Shown here: in pieces, positions 48,149 through 60,005 of the stretch
Layout of the letters: every line of letters begins with the position of its first letter
How positions within the stretch are numbered: position 1 is the first letter of the stretch
Notes under the pieces: generated by a model
Told to the model about the DNA's origin: nothing
What the model saw: the letters and a program-made list of their open reading frames with translations, nothing else
The model's database searches: none
NCBI RefSeq assembly: GCF_009914755.1
Contig: NC_060925.1
Source of the DNA: the human T2T-CHM13v2.0 reference genome, Homo sapiens
Direction: 5' to 3' (one strand)
Length of the DNA stretch: 64,000 bases
Made by a program: the position numbers and the translations under genes

Positions 48149-50044
48149 GCTGAAGGAGGCGCCTGGCTGCCCCAAGAGCCCAGCCCGGCCCGGCCGTGCC
48201 CGCCGGATTGCAGCCGACACCGCCAGCCCGGGGCCGCGGGGCTCGGATCGGGGACCCCCGAGCCGCTGGCCCGCGGCCTTCCCCCGGCTCCCGCGCTCCC
48301 GAGCTTCCACCACATCGGGCCCGCTCGGAGCAGGGAGTGCTCCGAGGCGTCAGGGCCCAGGGCCCACGATCCTGGGACGCCCTCCGGTCCTCCGCCCTGT
48401 CGCGGAGGCAGCGTTTTGGATCCCTCGCCGCACAGGGGCTCCTGCGAGGCCCCCTCTTGCCCCACCCACCCAGAGCCGTCAGGGCTGGCCGAAGGCGAAC
48501 AGCCGGCCCAGCCGCGCGGGGCCTTTCTCTCACAACGCCCCCACCACGGTCGCTTGTCCCGACCAAGACCCGGCCGGGGGGGCAAGAGGGCGTGGGGTGT
48601 AGCGGGTCGGGGGGTGGCCCTGTTTTGCCCCGGGCTGGCACTAGAGGCGGCGGCCTGATCTCGGGTGAGAGGGCCTGAGAGAAACCCAGACACACCCCAC
48701 CGCCACCAGGAGCAAATCCACTCCCCCACACACAGACACACCCGGGCGCGCTCGCACGCGCGCGCGCGGACACACACACACACACACACACACAGACACA
48801 CACGCACACACGCACGCGCACACGCACGCACACACACACGCGGCTTGAAGGAGAGCAAGGACGAGATGGATCGAGAGATAGAGACCGAGGGAGGGAGAGA
48901 GACAGCGATCGAGAGAGACAGGGGAGGGCGAGAGGGAAGGAGACAGACAGAGAGGCTGAGAAAGAGAGAGGCACAGAGAAAGAGAGAGAGAGAGACAGAG
49001 AGACAGAGGGAAAACGACAGAAGTAGCGCGAGGTCCAGGGGGAAACCCAGAAGAGAGAGGCGGAGGGAGCTAGAGAGCGAGAGCGATAGAGCCTTAGAGA
49101 GGAAGCGCCCGGCTCCGTTAGGCAGCGCCCTCTTGAGCAGGCCGGGATAGGGTGGAGGGGGCTTGGGCTGCGCCCAGAACACGGGGGCCAGGCGGTCCGT
49201 GCGAGAGGACCAACGGAGCGCTGAGGCGGGCGTCTTCTTGGATGAATTGCTTGCTTTGGAGGTGGGTTTCGTAGGCTCCTGCCTTTCTTGGCACCTCCCT
49301 GTGCTCTGGGTGCCTTGCGGCGGGCCCCGAGATTTGCAGAGCGCGCCCGCCCGTTTGGCGGGAGCCGTGGCACCGGGCGGGCCCGGAGGCCTGGGTCTCT
49401 GGCGAGTCCTCGGGACTGGAGTCGTCGACACGAAGCGGGGGGCATTGGGAATCCCGGGTGCACAGGGCCTGTTTTCCCGGTGGCTGGCGAAGCAATGTCC
49501 TTGCCCCGGGTAAAGCAGCCCATGCGTTCCGGAGCCGACGTCTTGGCTGGCGTCTGTGGCACCCGCTGCCCCTGCCCGCCCCTTCCCCCGGTTTGGAAGG
49601 GTGCGACGACGGCGCCCGATGGGTGAATTGAATCGCCTGGGCGTTCCGGGAGCGGGAAGGCACCGCGAACGGCAGGGAACCCAGCGGCTGCGCCTTTGGG
49701 GCCCGGCCCCCTGCCCTCCCAGGCTGGAGCCGGGCTCCTGGCGGGGCGGCGGCGAGGCGGAAGCGGTGGGATGCTGCTGCCCGGCCGGCGTGCAGTAGGG
49801 GCGGACCCCCAGCAGGAGGACCCCGGCTGCGGCTGCGGCGGGGGTGTAGGTGGGCGGTAAAGGGGGAGCAGAGTCAGGGGAGGTTGGGAAGCATGGCGAC
49901 TGTAGGGGGAAGGGAGGCAGCGGGGAAGCCACAAAAGCCTACAGCAGGCCGGGCGGGCGCGGTGGCTCGCGCCTGTAATCCCAGCACTCTGGGAGGCCGA
50001 GGCGGGTGGATCACGAGGTCAGGAGCTCCAGACCATCCCGGCTA

Positions 50045-50388
<344 letters not shown>

Positions 50389-50984
50389 GCTGAAGGAGGC
50401 GCCTGGCTGCCCCAAGAGCCCAGCCCGGCCCGGCCGTGCCCGCCGGATTGCAGCCGACACCGCCAGCCCGGGGCCGCGGGGCTCGGATCGGGGACCCCCG
50501 AGCCGCTGGCCCGCGGCCTTCCCCCGGCTCCCGCGCTCCCGAGCTTCCACCACATCGGGCCCGCTCGGAGCAGGGAGTGCTCCGAGGCGTCAGGGCCCAG
50601 GGCCCACGATCCTGGGACGCCCTCCGGTCCTCCGCCCTGTCGCGGAGGCAGCGTTTTGGATCCCTCGCCGCACAGGGGCTCCTGCGAGGCCCCCTCTTGC
50701 CCCACCCACCCAGAGCCGTCAGGGCTGGCCGAAGGCGAACAGCCGGCCCAGCCTCGCGGGGCCTTTCTCTCACAACGCCCCCACCACGGTCGCTTGTCCC
50801 GACCAAGACCCGGCCGGGGGGGCAAGAGGGCGTGGGGTGTAGCGGGTCGGGGGGTGGCCCTGTTTTGCCCCGGGCTGGCACTAGAGGCGGCGGCCTGATC
50901 TCGGGTGAGAGGGCCTGAGAGAAACCCAGACACACCCCACCGCCACCAGGAGCAAATCCACTCCCCCACACACAGACACACCCG

Positions 50985-51900
50985 TTCGTTCTCGTTCCGG
51001 ATCCCGCACGCGAGCACGGGTGCGCAGACGGACGAACACACACACACGGTGAAACACAGACACACACGGCTTGAAGGAGAGCAAGGAGAAGATGGATGGA
51101 GAGATAGAAACCGAGGGAGGGAGAGAGACAGCGATCGAGAGAGACCGGAGAGGTGGAGAGGTAAAGAGAGAGAGGCTAAGAGGGACAGAGAAAGGGAGAA
51201 GTACAGAGGTACAGAGGGAAGGCTAGAGAAATAACGCGAGGTCCAGGGGGAAACCCAGAAGAGTGAGGTGGAGGGAGCTAGAGAGCGAGAACGTTTGAGC
51301 CTTAGAGAGGAAGCACCCTACTTCGGTAGGCAGCCCCCTTTTGAGCAGACCGGAATAGGGTGGAGGGGTTTGAGCTGTGCCTGAGCAGGGCGGCCAGGCG
51401 GCCCGTGCGAGAGGACCAACGGAGCGCTGAGACGGGTTTTTTCTTGGATGAATTGCTTGCTTTGGAGGTGGGTTTCGTAGGCTCCATTCTTTCTTGGCAC
51501 CTCACTGTGCTCTTGGTACCTCACTGTGCTCTTGGTGCGGTGCAGTGGGCCCCGAGATTTGCAGAGTGCGCCCGCCCTTTTGGCGGGAGCCGTGGTACCG
51601 GGCGCGTCCGGAGGCCTGGGTCTCTGGCGTGTCCTCGGTACTGGAGTTGACACGAAGTGCGGGGCAATAGGAATCCGGGTGCACAGGGACTGTTTTCCTG
51701 GTGGTTGGCGAAGCAATGTCCTTCCCCCCGGGTAAAGCAGTCCATGCGTTCTGGAGCGGAGATCTTGGCTGGCGTCTGTGGTACCCGCTGCCCCTGCCCG
51801 CCCCTTCCCCCGGTTTATAAGGTTGCGACTGCGCCGGATGAGTGAATTGAATTGCCTGGTGGATCCGGGAGCGGGAAGGCACCGCGAACGGCAGGGAATC
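50985..51900. repeat. Diverged, non-homogenised copy of the 5S intergenic spacer
   Basis: Colinear with unit positions ~1705-2640 but with many substitutions and small indels. Confidence 0.92.
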
Positions 51901-52140
51901 CTGGCCTGCACCTTAGTGATCTGAGGCGTGGTGTTTCTGCTGGATCCGGTTTCATCGTGTTGCGCCGCCCATCCTGAATAGTTGTGATGTTGTTGCCTGG
52001 CTGTGCTGCAGGTTAGCCCACACTAAGCGGTCCCGGGCTGTTGTGTGGGCTTGGGCGTGTGAAAAGAGGGAGCAGATTTACGGTGCGGTTGAGAAGTACG
52101 GCGACCAAACGGTAAAGAGGGAGGAACTTGAAGTCTAAAC

Positions 52141-52262
52141 AAGCCTGCGTCTCCTGGTTTTCTCAAGTGGCGTTTCATCTAAGTAGCGGTCTGGCCCAGA
52201 CCCTGCTTATCTTCACGAGATCAGAGGAGACCGGACGCCTTCGGGGTGGTATGGCCTTAGAC
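52141..52262 (-). pseudogene. RNA5SP18: Degenerate 5S rRNA pseudogene (tandem-unit relic)
   Basis: AAGCCTGCGT...CCCTGCTTATCTTCACGAGATCAGAGGAGACCGGACGCCTTCGGGGTGGTATGGCCTTAGAC aligns end to end with antisense 5S. Box C is heavily mutated and there is no T4 terminator. A degenerate D box (GCCCCAAAGGC) keeps the -21 spacing at 52283. The symbol is inferred from position. Confidence 0.9.
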
Positions 52263-52797
52263 GCCGGTAGTGCAGCCTGTCTGCCCCAAAGGCGCGGCTC
52301 AGCCACGCCCGTCCGACTCCATGCGCCACCTCTAATCCAGTGCCATGGGGATCTTATCGGGACCCGGGAGCCGCTCGCCGGAGGTCTGGCTGGGTTGCTC
52401 TCCGTGTCTACGCCCAAGCACCGTTGCCCGCCGCCTTGCGCCTTCTGTTGGCCTCTTAGAGCCTTCCGTGATTGCTTGCGCCTAGGCCACTCGCTGGACC
52501 TCCGCGGCGCCACCCTGTTTCCTCGCGGGAGTGCCAGAGGCCTTTTCCCCTGCCCAAGCTCTGGGATCTCCGGGCAGCCTCCATTCCGCCGACTCTCCAG
52601 GCCTTCCCCGGCTCCGGAGCTCCAGAGCTTCCATGACTTTGGGCCGCTCCGGACTTGGTGTGCTCTGAGGTGTCAACGCCCAGGGCCCACAGTCCTGGGA
52701 TCTTCTCTGGTCTTTTGCCTTGCGGCGGGGGGATTGTTTTGGATCCCTTGCTGCCCCTCTTGCAAGACCCTCTCTTGCTTCACCCACCCAGAGCCGT
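52263..52797. repeat. Diverged 5S upstream spacer of the relic unit
   Basis: Aligns to unit positions ~1109-1439 (e.g. GGCCTTCCCCGGCTCC, CCCAGGGCCCAC, TTTTGGATCCC, CACCCACCCAGAGCCGT) with an extra ~215 bp internal segment. Confidence 0.85.
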
Positions 52798-53055
52798 TTC
52801 TTTAAAATTTCAACCATGTTCTGAACTGCAGCTTTACAGTTGAATATTTTCTTTCAGAATAATTTGATTCTGAACTCGGTTTTTCTTGACATACCTGAAT
52901 TGTTTCATGTGAGCCGGCAATTTCACATGCTTTTACTTTTTCTTTTTTTTAAAATTTTTATTTTTGAGACAGAGTCACATTATAATCTATTACTTCTACT
53001 AGAGATCTGTTTCTTCCTATTTAATGAATTATTGCTTTTCATATAGTCTGAAATT

Positions 53056-53385
53056 TGTTTTTTCTCTCTTTCTTTCTCTTCCTCTCTCTCTTTCTTTCTT
53101 TCTTTCTGACGGATTCTCGCTCTGTTGGCCAGGCTGGAGTGCAGTGTTCGATCTCGGCTCACCGCAACCTCCTCTTCTGGGTTAAAGCCATTCTCTCGCC
53201 TCAGCCTCCCGAGTACCTTGTACTAAAGGCGCGCACCAACCTCGCCTGGCTAGTTTTTGTATTTTTAGCAGTGACATGGTTTCTGCACGTTGGCCAGTCC
53301 TGTCTCAAACTCCAGACCTCGGGTGATCTGCCTGCCTCGGCCTCTTAAAATACTAGGTTTACAGGTGTGAGCCACTGTGCCCACC
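53056..53385 (-). mobile_element. Alu (AluS-like) with CT-rich degenerate tail
   Basis: GACGGATTCTCGCTCTGTTGGCCAGGCTGGAGTGCAG...ACAGGTGTGAGCCACTGTGCCC. Confidence 0.92.
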
Positions 53386-54365
53386 AGCTTTTACTTTTTC
53401 TAAAAGCCATGTATTACCCTGTTCAAGGTACTAGAGTACCTGTTTACATTCCTCTATAATATGGCAAACATTACTAATTTTGGGCACACACTCTTCCTTT
53501 GTCTTATTGAATTCAAGTACCTTTTCGTCAGGTTTGACTTCCAGGTTCTCTAAATGTGCTTTCTGGAGGCTGAAGCAATCATATTGCTGGAGATATTTCT
53601 TTACCTTTTTGATAACTGGTCTAAGAAACAAAGATTTTACATTTTATCAGGATAATTATCTGTGGTTCCTGTTGCTTGTTTTTATTAGGTTTTTGATTAC
53701 TTGACAAAACAGCGCTTAAAAGGGTTAAGGGTTTTTAAAAAAATTCATGTAACTGTCTGTATTTCATTTTGAAGTATTTTGATTATCATCCTGGTTAAAT
53801 AAATGACTATTAATTCACAGTGACATTTGATGCTGTTTTGATAAAGTGTTTTTAACCTTTTGATATTTTGGCAAGCTTTCCCGGGATCACATCCTAAATT
53901 GTCTTTTCTTTTTTTATCTTGAATTAACTTGATGTTCCAGAGGGCCCTGAAACTTTTCAAATGTTTATAAAAGAGACATATTAAACTAAATCAGGCTCAT
54001 TTGAAGATGATAAACTGTATGAAAAACATTGTCAAATAAGTTACACTAGATCTTCTTTCAGTTATATTTTATGGGTGTGTTATTGATATGAATGTTCCAA
54101 AATTGTGTAAAACTCCTAGAAATCTAAGACGTCATCAGTTGTAATTCTGCTTATGTTGTTTGACACAAAATAACCAGTTTCTTGTCAATTTCTGGTTATA
54201 ATAAACTTTCATCAGATTTTTAACCATAATTATTCTATTCTAAGTTTTTGTTATCCACAGTTATTGTTTTGACTTTTCTCTAAAGGCATCTGCAATCAGA
54301 TTCATAGAAAGAACTCTAACAGGTACTCTTGAATACAGATTTCTAATAACTTTAAGATCAATGGA

Positions 54366-56645
54366 AAGCAGAGCTGCACTGCGGTTAGGGCCTAGTTCCA
54401 TCAGCGGCTGCAGCCCCATGGGTCGCCCATGGGGACCCTGGCCTTGGGCACCTGTGGAGTACGTGGCGCTGGGTCGCTGGGTCGCTGGCGCCAGTGTGCA
54501 AGATGCTCCGCAAGGAGGCAGCGGCGGGCTGGATGGTGCTTGGCTGCCGGCCCTACCTGGCCTTTACCGCCTTGAGCGTGCCTGGCTCACTCAACATCAA
54601 CCTCTATTCACTGGTGTGCGCCAGCCCGGGGCGGCTGTGGGGTCAGCGTGCTACTTGCTGCCAGATGCCTCGGAGCACGCTGCTGCTGCAGGAGGGCAGC
54701 ATCCTGGTGGCCGTGATGGTGCTGAACTAGGGGAGCTGCCACGGGCAGAAGCTGTGCGAGGAGAGTGCCCGGCGGGTTGTCCTCACCTCACTGCTCGCCT
54801 GCCTGCCCTCCTGCTGGCGGGTCTACTTCCTCAAAGGGGGATATGAGACCTTCTTCCAGGGTTGCATGGATGTAAAACTCGTTTCACTCGTTTCAAAGTG
54901 AGAGAGCTCTCATCAGCCAGTGTGGAAAGCTAGTAGTGCTAAACATCAACTACAGGCCAGCTTATGATCAGGGTGGTCCAGTTGAAATCCTTTCCTCCCT
55001 CTACCTTGGAGGTGCCTACCATGCATCCAAGTGCAAGTTCCTCATCAAGCTATATATCACAGCCCAGCTGAATGTCCCCTTGTGGACCTGGCTGTGAGGC
55101 CTGCAAGACCCACCTACATACGAATGGATCCTTGTGGAAGAAGGCCACATGGCTGACATTAGCTCTCACTTTCAAGAAGCAATAGACTTCATTGACTGTG
55201 TCAGAGAAAAGAAAGGCAAGGTCCTGGTCCACTGTGAAGCTGGGTTCTCCTGTTCACCCACCATCTGCATGGCTTCCCTCATAAAGACCAAGCACTTCTG
55301 CCTGAAGGAGGCCTTCAATTATGTCAAGTGGAAGAGGAGCATGATCTCACCCAGCTTTGGCTTCATGGGCCAGCTCCTGCGGTAGGAATTTGAAATCCTC
55401 CCTTCCACACCCAATCCCTAGCTTCCCTCCTACCAGGGGGAGGCAGCAGGCTCTTCATTGATAAGCCATTTGCAGACATTTAGCCCTGACTTGAAGGGTG
55501 TCTACTGCACATTCCCTGCCTCAGTGCTGGCTCCAGTGCCCACCCACTGGACAGTCTCAGAGCTCAGCAGGAGCCCTGTGGCCACAGCCACATTCTGCTA
55601 AAACTGGGATAGAGGAACAAGCCCAGCCCCAAGAGCAGCTATGACTTTTGTTTTTAAGAATGGACATTTCACATCTGTGCAATACTGAAGACCTCACTTT
55701 GTCATGTTGCCCCAGTGACATAGTGAGAGGTCACCAGGCTTGCAAATGAACTTCACACAGACCTCAGGGTAGGTTCTCAGGATTGAAGGAAGGCCAAGCA
55801 ATTACAGGAGCACAGCACGTGCTGACTACTGTACTTCCAGACCCCCTGCCCTCAAGGGACTGCCCAGTCCTTGCACCTCAAAGTTCGCCTTTTCATTTCA
55901 AGCATAAGGCAATAAATACCTGCAGCAACATGGGAGAAAGAAGTTGCTGGACCAACAGAAATGGCACTTATGAAGCCAATTCATTTTGAAGGAAGCACAA
56001 TTTCCACCTTATTTTTCAAACTTTGGCAGTCTCAATGTCTGTCTCCGTTGCTTCAGGAAATAAGCTGATCACCATCTAGTCAGGAAAGTAACCCTACAGG
56101 GTTTGTGGAGACATGATATATATGCCAATTTGAACCCTGAAATGTTTTTTACATACCCTCTTGGGTCCAATGGAGGCAGTTGGTTGAAGTAGCAAGATGT
56201 TGGCCTTTCTGGGTTTCTCTTTTGCTGTGGCTTCCTCACTGACCTTGGACTTTTATAAGTATGATACAAATCTACACTTGAATAAGTATGACTGTTACTC
56301 ATACTTGAACTTATCTCATTGCACCTCTTCTCAGCAGCTCTTCATTTGAGAAAATATTTTTTCAGATCATAGACTAAAAAATCATACCATCAAGGTGGCG
56401 GCACCAGGTGCCAGGAGGAAAAGGGTACTTGCTGTGTATCCTGGGTCAGTAATATTGAAAACTGTCTTCTTCAGCTTCCTGTCCTTCTATGTGTTGTGTC
56501 TCTTGTGACAGTTGTTTTGTCTTCAAGCCACTGACTTCTGGAATTTGCAGATTTTGCAATCCATGCAAATGTGAAGAAAAGCTCTATGTTACTGACCATT
56601 GTTGTTGTTGTTTATAGTGCAAAATAAAAATAGCAAAAAGGAAAA
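54366..56645 (+). pseudogene. DUSP5P1: Processed pseudogene of dual-specificity phosphatase 5
   Basis: Intronless DUSP5-like peptides across frames: KMLRKEAAA..CRPYLAF, VYFLKGGYETF, ADISSHFQEAIDFIDCVREKKGKVLVHCEAG, ELSRSPVATATFC* (stop 55599-55601). It has frameshifts and premature stops (TAG 55383), a long 3'UTR, AATAAA at 56623 and an A tail. The TSD AAGATCAATGGA lies at 54354-54365 and 56646-56657. Confidence 0.95.
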
Positions 56646-56657
56646 AAGATCAATGGA

Positions 56658-56782
56658 GGCCTTTTGGTGCTTACCACAGACTGTGCTCTTTCACTGACTG
56701 AATAGAGAGAGGAGGCAGAGTAAACCTATCCTATATACACCTCAGTCCAAGCCTGGTCTGTATTATGAATGGGGCAACATGG
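56658..56782 (+). ncRNA. SNORA51: H/ACA snoRNA SNORA51-like retrocopy (probable pseudogene)
   Basis: GGCCTTTTGGTGCTTACCACAGACTGTG...GGGGCAACATGG closely matches SNORA51 as recalled. H box AGAGTA at 56717-56722, ACA 3 nt from the end (56777-56779), followed by an A-rich tail. Confidence 0.8.
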
Positions 56783-57371
56783 AAAAAGAAAATAAAATCA
56801 GCAGACCACATAAACATTTCCAGAACTTTCTTTTTTAAAAAAAATTTTATATTTCTCTTTTATCAACTACCAAGTGCTTGGGAAAAAAGATGTCCATAAC
56901 TTCTAATGAAGAAACTGATGAATTCATGAAATTGCTAATAAGATTTAGCAAAACAAAAAATTAATTACATGAGATTGAATAACTAATAATGTTTTCATGA
57001 CTTTTATTTAAAATACTGATGGCTCTTTACTTATATGTTTTGTTTCCCAAATTTAAGAAAATATTTTCGCTTATGCTATCTAAAGTTTTCAGCAATTTGA
57101 TAAAGCATACATTTATGAACAAAAGTGAAAGCATTTATTTTTTTCTTCCTACTAAGTACCTCCAAAATTTGGAAATGACTTCATGAGTATACTTATTTTT
57201 AATGGAAATGTAATTATTTCCATAAGTTCAATAAGAATCACCTCTATAGCAAGATACAATTGGAAATATTGGTTACATTGCCATGACTTTGGAATGTCAT
57301 ATTTAAGGGGTTTATAGATACTGTAAACAAAGTCTAAAGTCTGTCTTGATTTGGCTACCTAGCCTCAAGGG

Positions 57372-57977
<606 letters not shown>

Positions 57978-58337
57978 TCAAGAGGTTTTTAAATCTGAAA
58001 TTACAATGTAGCCAGTTGTTATTCTTGATATGCTTATGCAAATGATTAGGCGAAATTTGATAAAATTGAACTAATTCTGCAAAACATTTTGTCTTTCTCT
58101 GATGATCTTTGGTAGAAATTGGGAAGACTGTGAAGAGAAAAGTTATGTTTCCAAAGAACAGCTGTAATACACCTGTTGCTAGAATATAGCCCTGTGCATT
58201 GTTTTTGAGTTTTTATTATTTGCCTGTAGAATGAACTGCATCCTAAATTTTTCTAGGTTCCCCCAATCCAGCTTTCTTCCATGTAAGTACCAAGAATTGC
58301 TGTGTTCCTGAAGCCCTGTAAGTTGAAACTAGCTGAT

Positions 58338-58627
58338 TTTTTTTTTTTTTGAGTCAGAGTCTTGCTCTGTCACTCAGGCTGGAGTACAGTGGCCCAATCA
58401 GCTTACTGAAGCCTTGAACTCCTGGGTTCAAGTGATTCTCTTGCCTCCACTTCCTAAGTACCTGGAAACTACAGGCACACATCACCATGACCAGGTAATT
58501 TTTAATTTTTTTATAGATGATGTGTCTCTTTGTTGCCCAGGCTGGTCTCAAACTTCTGACTTCAAGCCATACTCCAACCTCAGCCTCCCAAAGTGTTGGG
58601 ATTACAGCTGTGAACCACAATATCCAG
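58338..58627 (-). mobile_element. Alu (AluJ-like)
   Basis: Poly-T followed by GAGTCAGAGTCTTGCTCTGTCACTCAGGCTGG...GGGATTACAGCTGTGAACCAC. Confidence 0.88.
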
Positions 58628-59329
58628 CATAAATGGATTTTATAAGACAAGTCTCATAGTTGATGTATGGGCCATACAGAAAGTTCACTGACCACCTGAT
58701 GCCATAATCAGAGACATTAAAACTGCAAACCAGAACAAGAAGTTGATTGGCTTCATGATGTGGGCAGCTTTTCCCAAGATAATAGAACAAGACTCCCCAT
58801 CACCGTGAGAATCTTGCTTCTTTTAATTTTTCCTTGTTTATGCCTACCTCTTTTACTTGGCATGATAATGACATAATTGAAATTTCACGATTGTAGCTAC
58901 TGTGGGTAACTCGACAGAACCTGATCTAAGAAATCCTTTAGTGCACCTAGTGGGTAACTTTGGCAACATCCCCAACACAGGTTTTTGTTCATATTGTACT
59001 ATTGGTCTTTTTTCTTTTTTTAGATAGCATTCTTGGCTTTAATTCAACCCAGTCATGGGATACCAGATGATAAAATTGCTCCATATTAGTTTTTGGTTAA
59101 ATAAGAAAATGCCTGTGTTATTGCTAATTCTATGTGCTGTACCTGAACAATTTTTCTGGAGAAGTTGAGACCCAAATACACAAAATAAAAAAACAGTCCA
59201 CATGGTTATAACAGACCTCACCTAGTTCCCTATAATGATTTGATTTATTCAGTTGATTGCATTTAATCCTAGGTTCATGGCTCAAAATCATTATGTAAAC
59301 TGGGGTTATCATATTACTATTAACCTTGC

Positions 59330-59624
59330 TTTTTTTTTTTTTTTGGAGATGAAGTCTTGCTCTGTCACCCAGGCTGGAGTGCAGTGGCGCGATCTTGGCT
59401 CACTGCAACCTCCGCCTCATGAGTTCAAGCAATTCTCTGCCTCAGCCTCCCGAGTAGCTGGGATTACAGGTACCCACCACCATACCCAGCTAATTTTTGT
59501 ATTTTTAGTAGAGACGGGGTTTCACCATCTTGGCCAGGCTGGTCTTGAACTCCTGACCTCAAGATCCACCCACCTAGGCCTCCCAAAGTGCTGGGATTAC
59601 AGGCATAAGCCACTGCACCTGGCC
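59330..59624 (-). mobile_element. Alu (AluS-like), full length
   Basis: Both arms present; TSD TAACCTTGCTTT at 59321 and 59625. Confidence 0.93.
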
Positions 59625-60005
59625 TAACCTTGCTTTGTATTTTATTTTTAAAAAACTTTGTGCCCATGGCTTAACAAATTTATGCAAAAGTGCAACTCCT
59701 AAGAAAATAATTCTGGCCCAGAACTTTGGATGATAGCAAAGGCCTATGGAACAGACAAAATTGGGCTTAACAATGGACTCCAGGTAGACTTAGCCTGAGA
59801 GCCACTCCCTCTAAACCTCTCTTGTTGCTCAAATGTGGCAAAAAAGGGTTTTGCTAGTCGCGATTCATTTCCCTTGAACACAGGGCTAGACCAGACTAAC
59901 AGCTCAGGACAGGTACATCTCAGCACTGAGGGACAATCAGAATCTAACTACAGTACGATTGGTTAGTGATGCTTTCAAAGAACAATCTTGATCAAAAAGG
60001 GGAAA

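Noticed and set aside
52406-52426. GTCTACGCCCAAGCACCGTTG resembling the 5S 5' end on the + strand
   Set aside because: Similarity covers about 20 nt with a gap and does not extend; probably coincidental.
52128-52805. 225-aa ORF across the 5S pseudogene
   Set aside because: It is antisense to the pseudogene and spacer relic, starts at a non-ATG codon and shows no recognisable homology.
54361-54846. 161-aa ATG ORF at the 5' end of DUSP5P1
   Set aside because: It starts inside the TSD and is mostly out of frame with DUSP5; there is no evidence of coding constraint.
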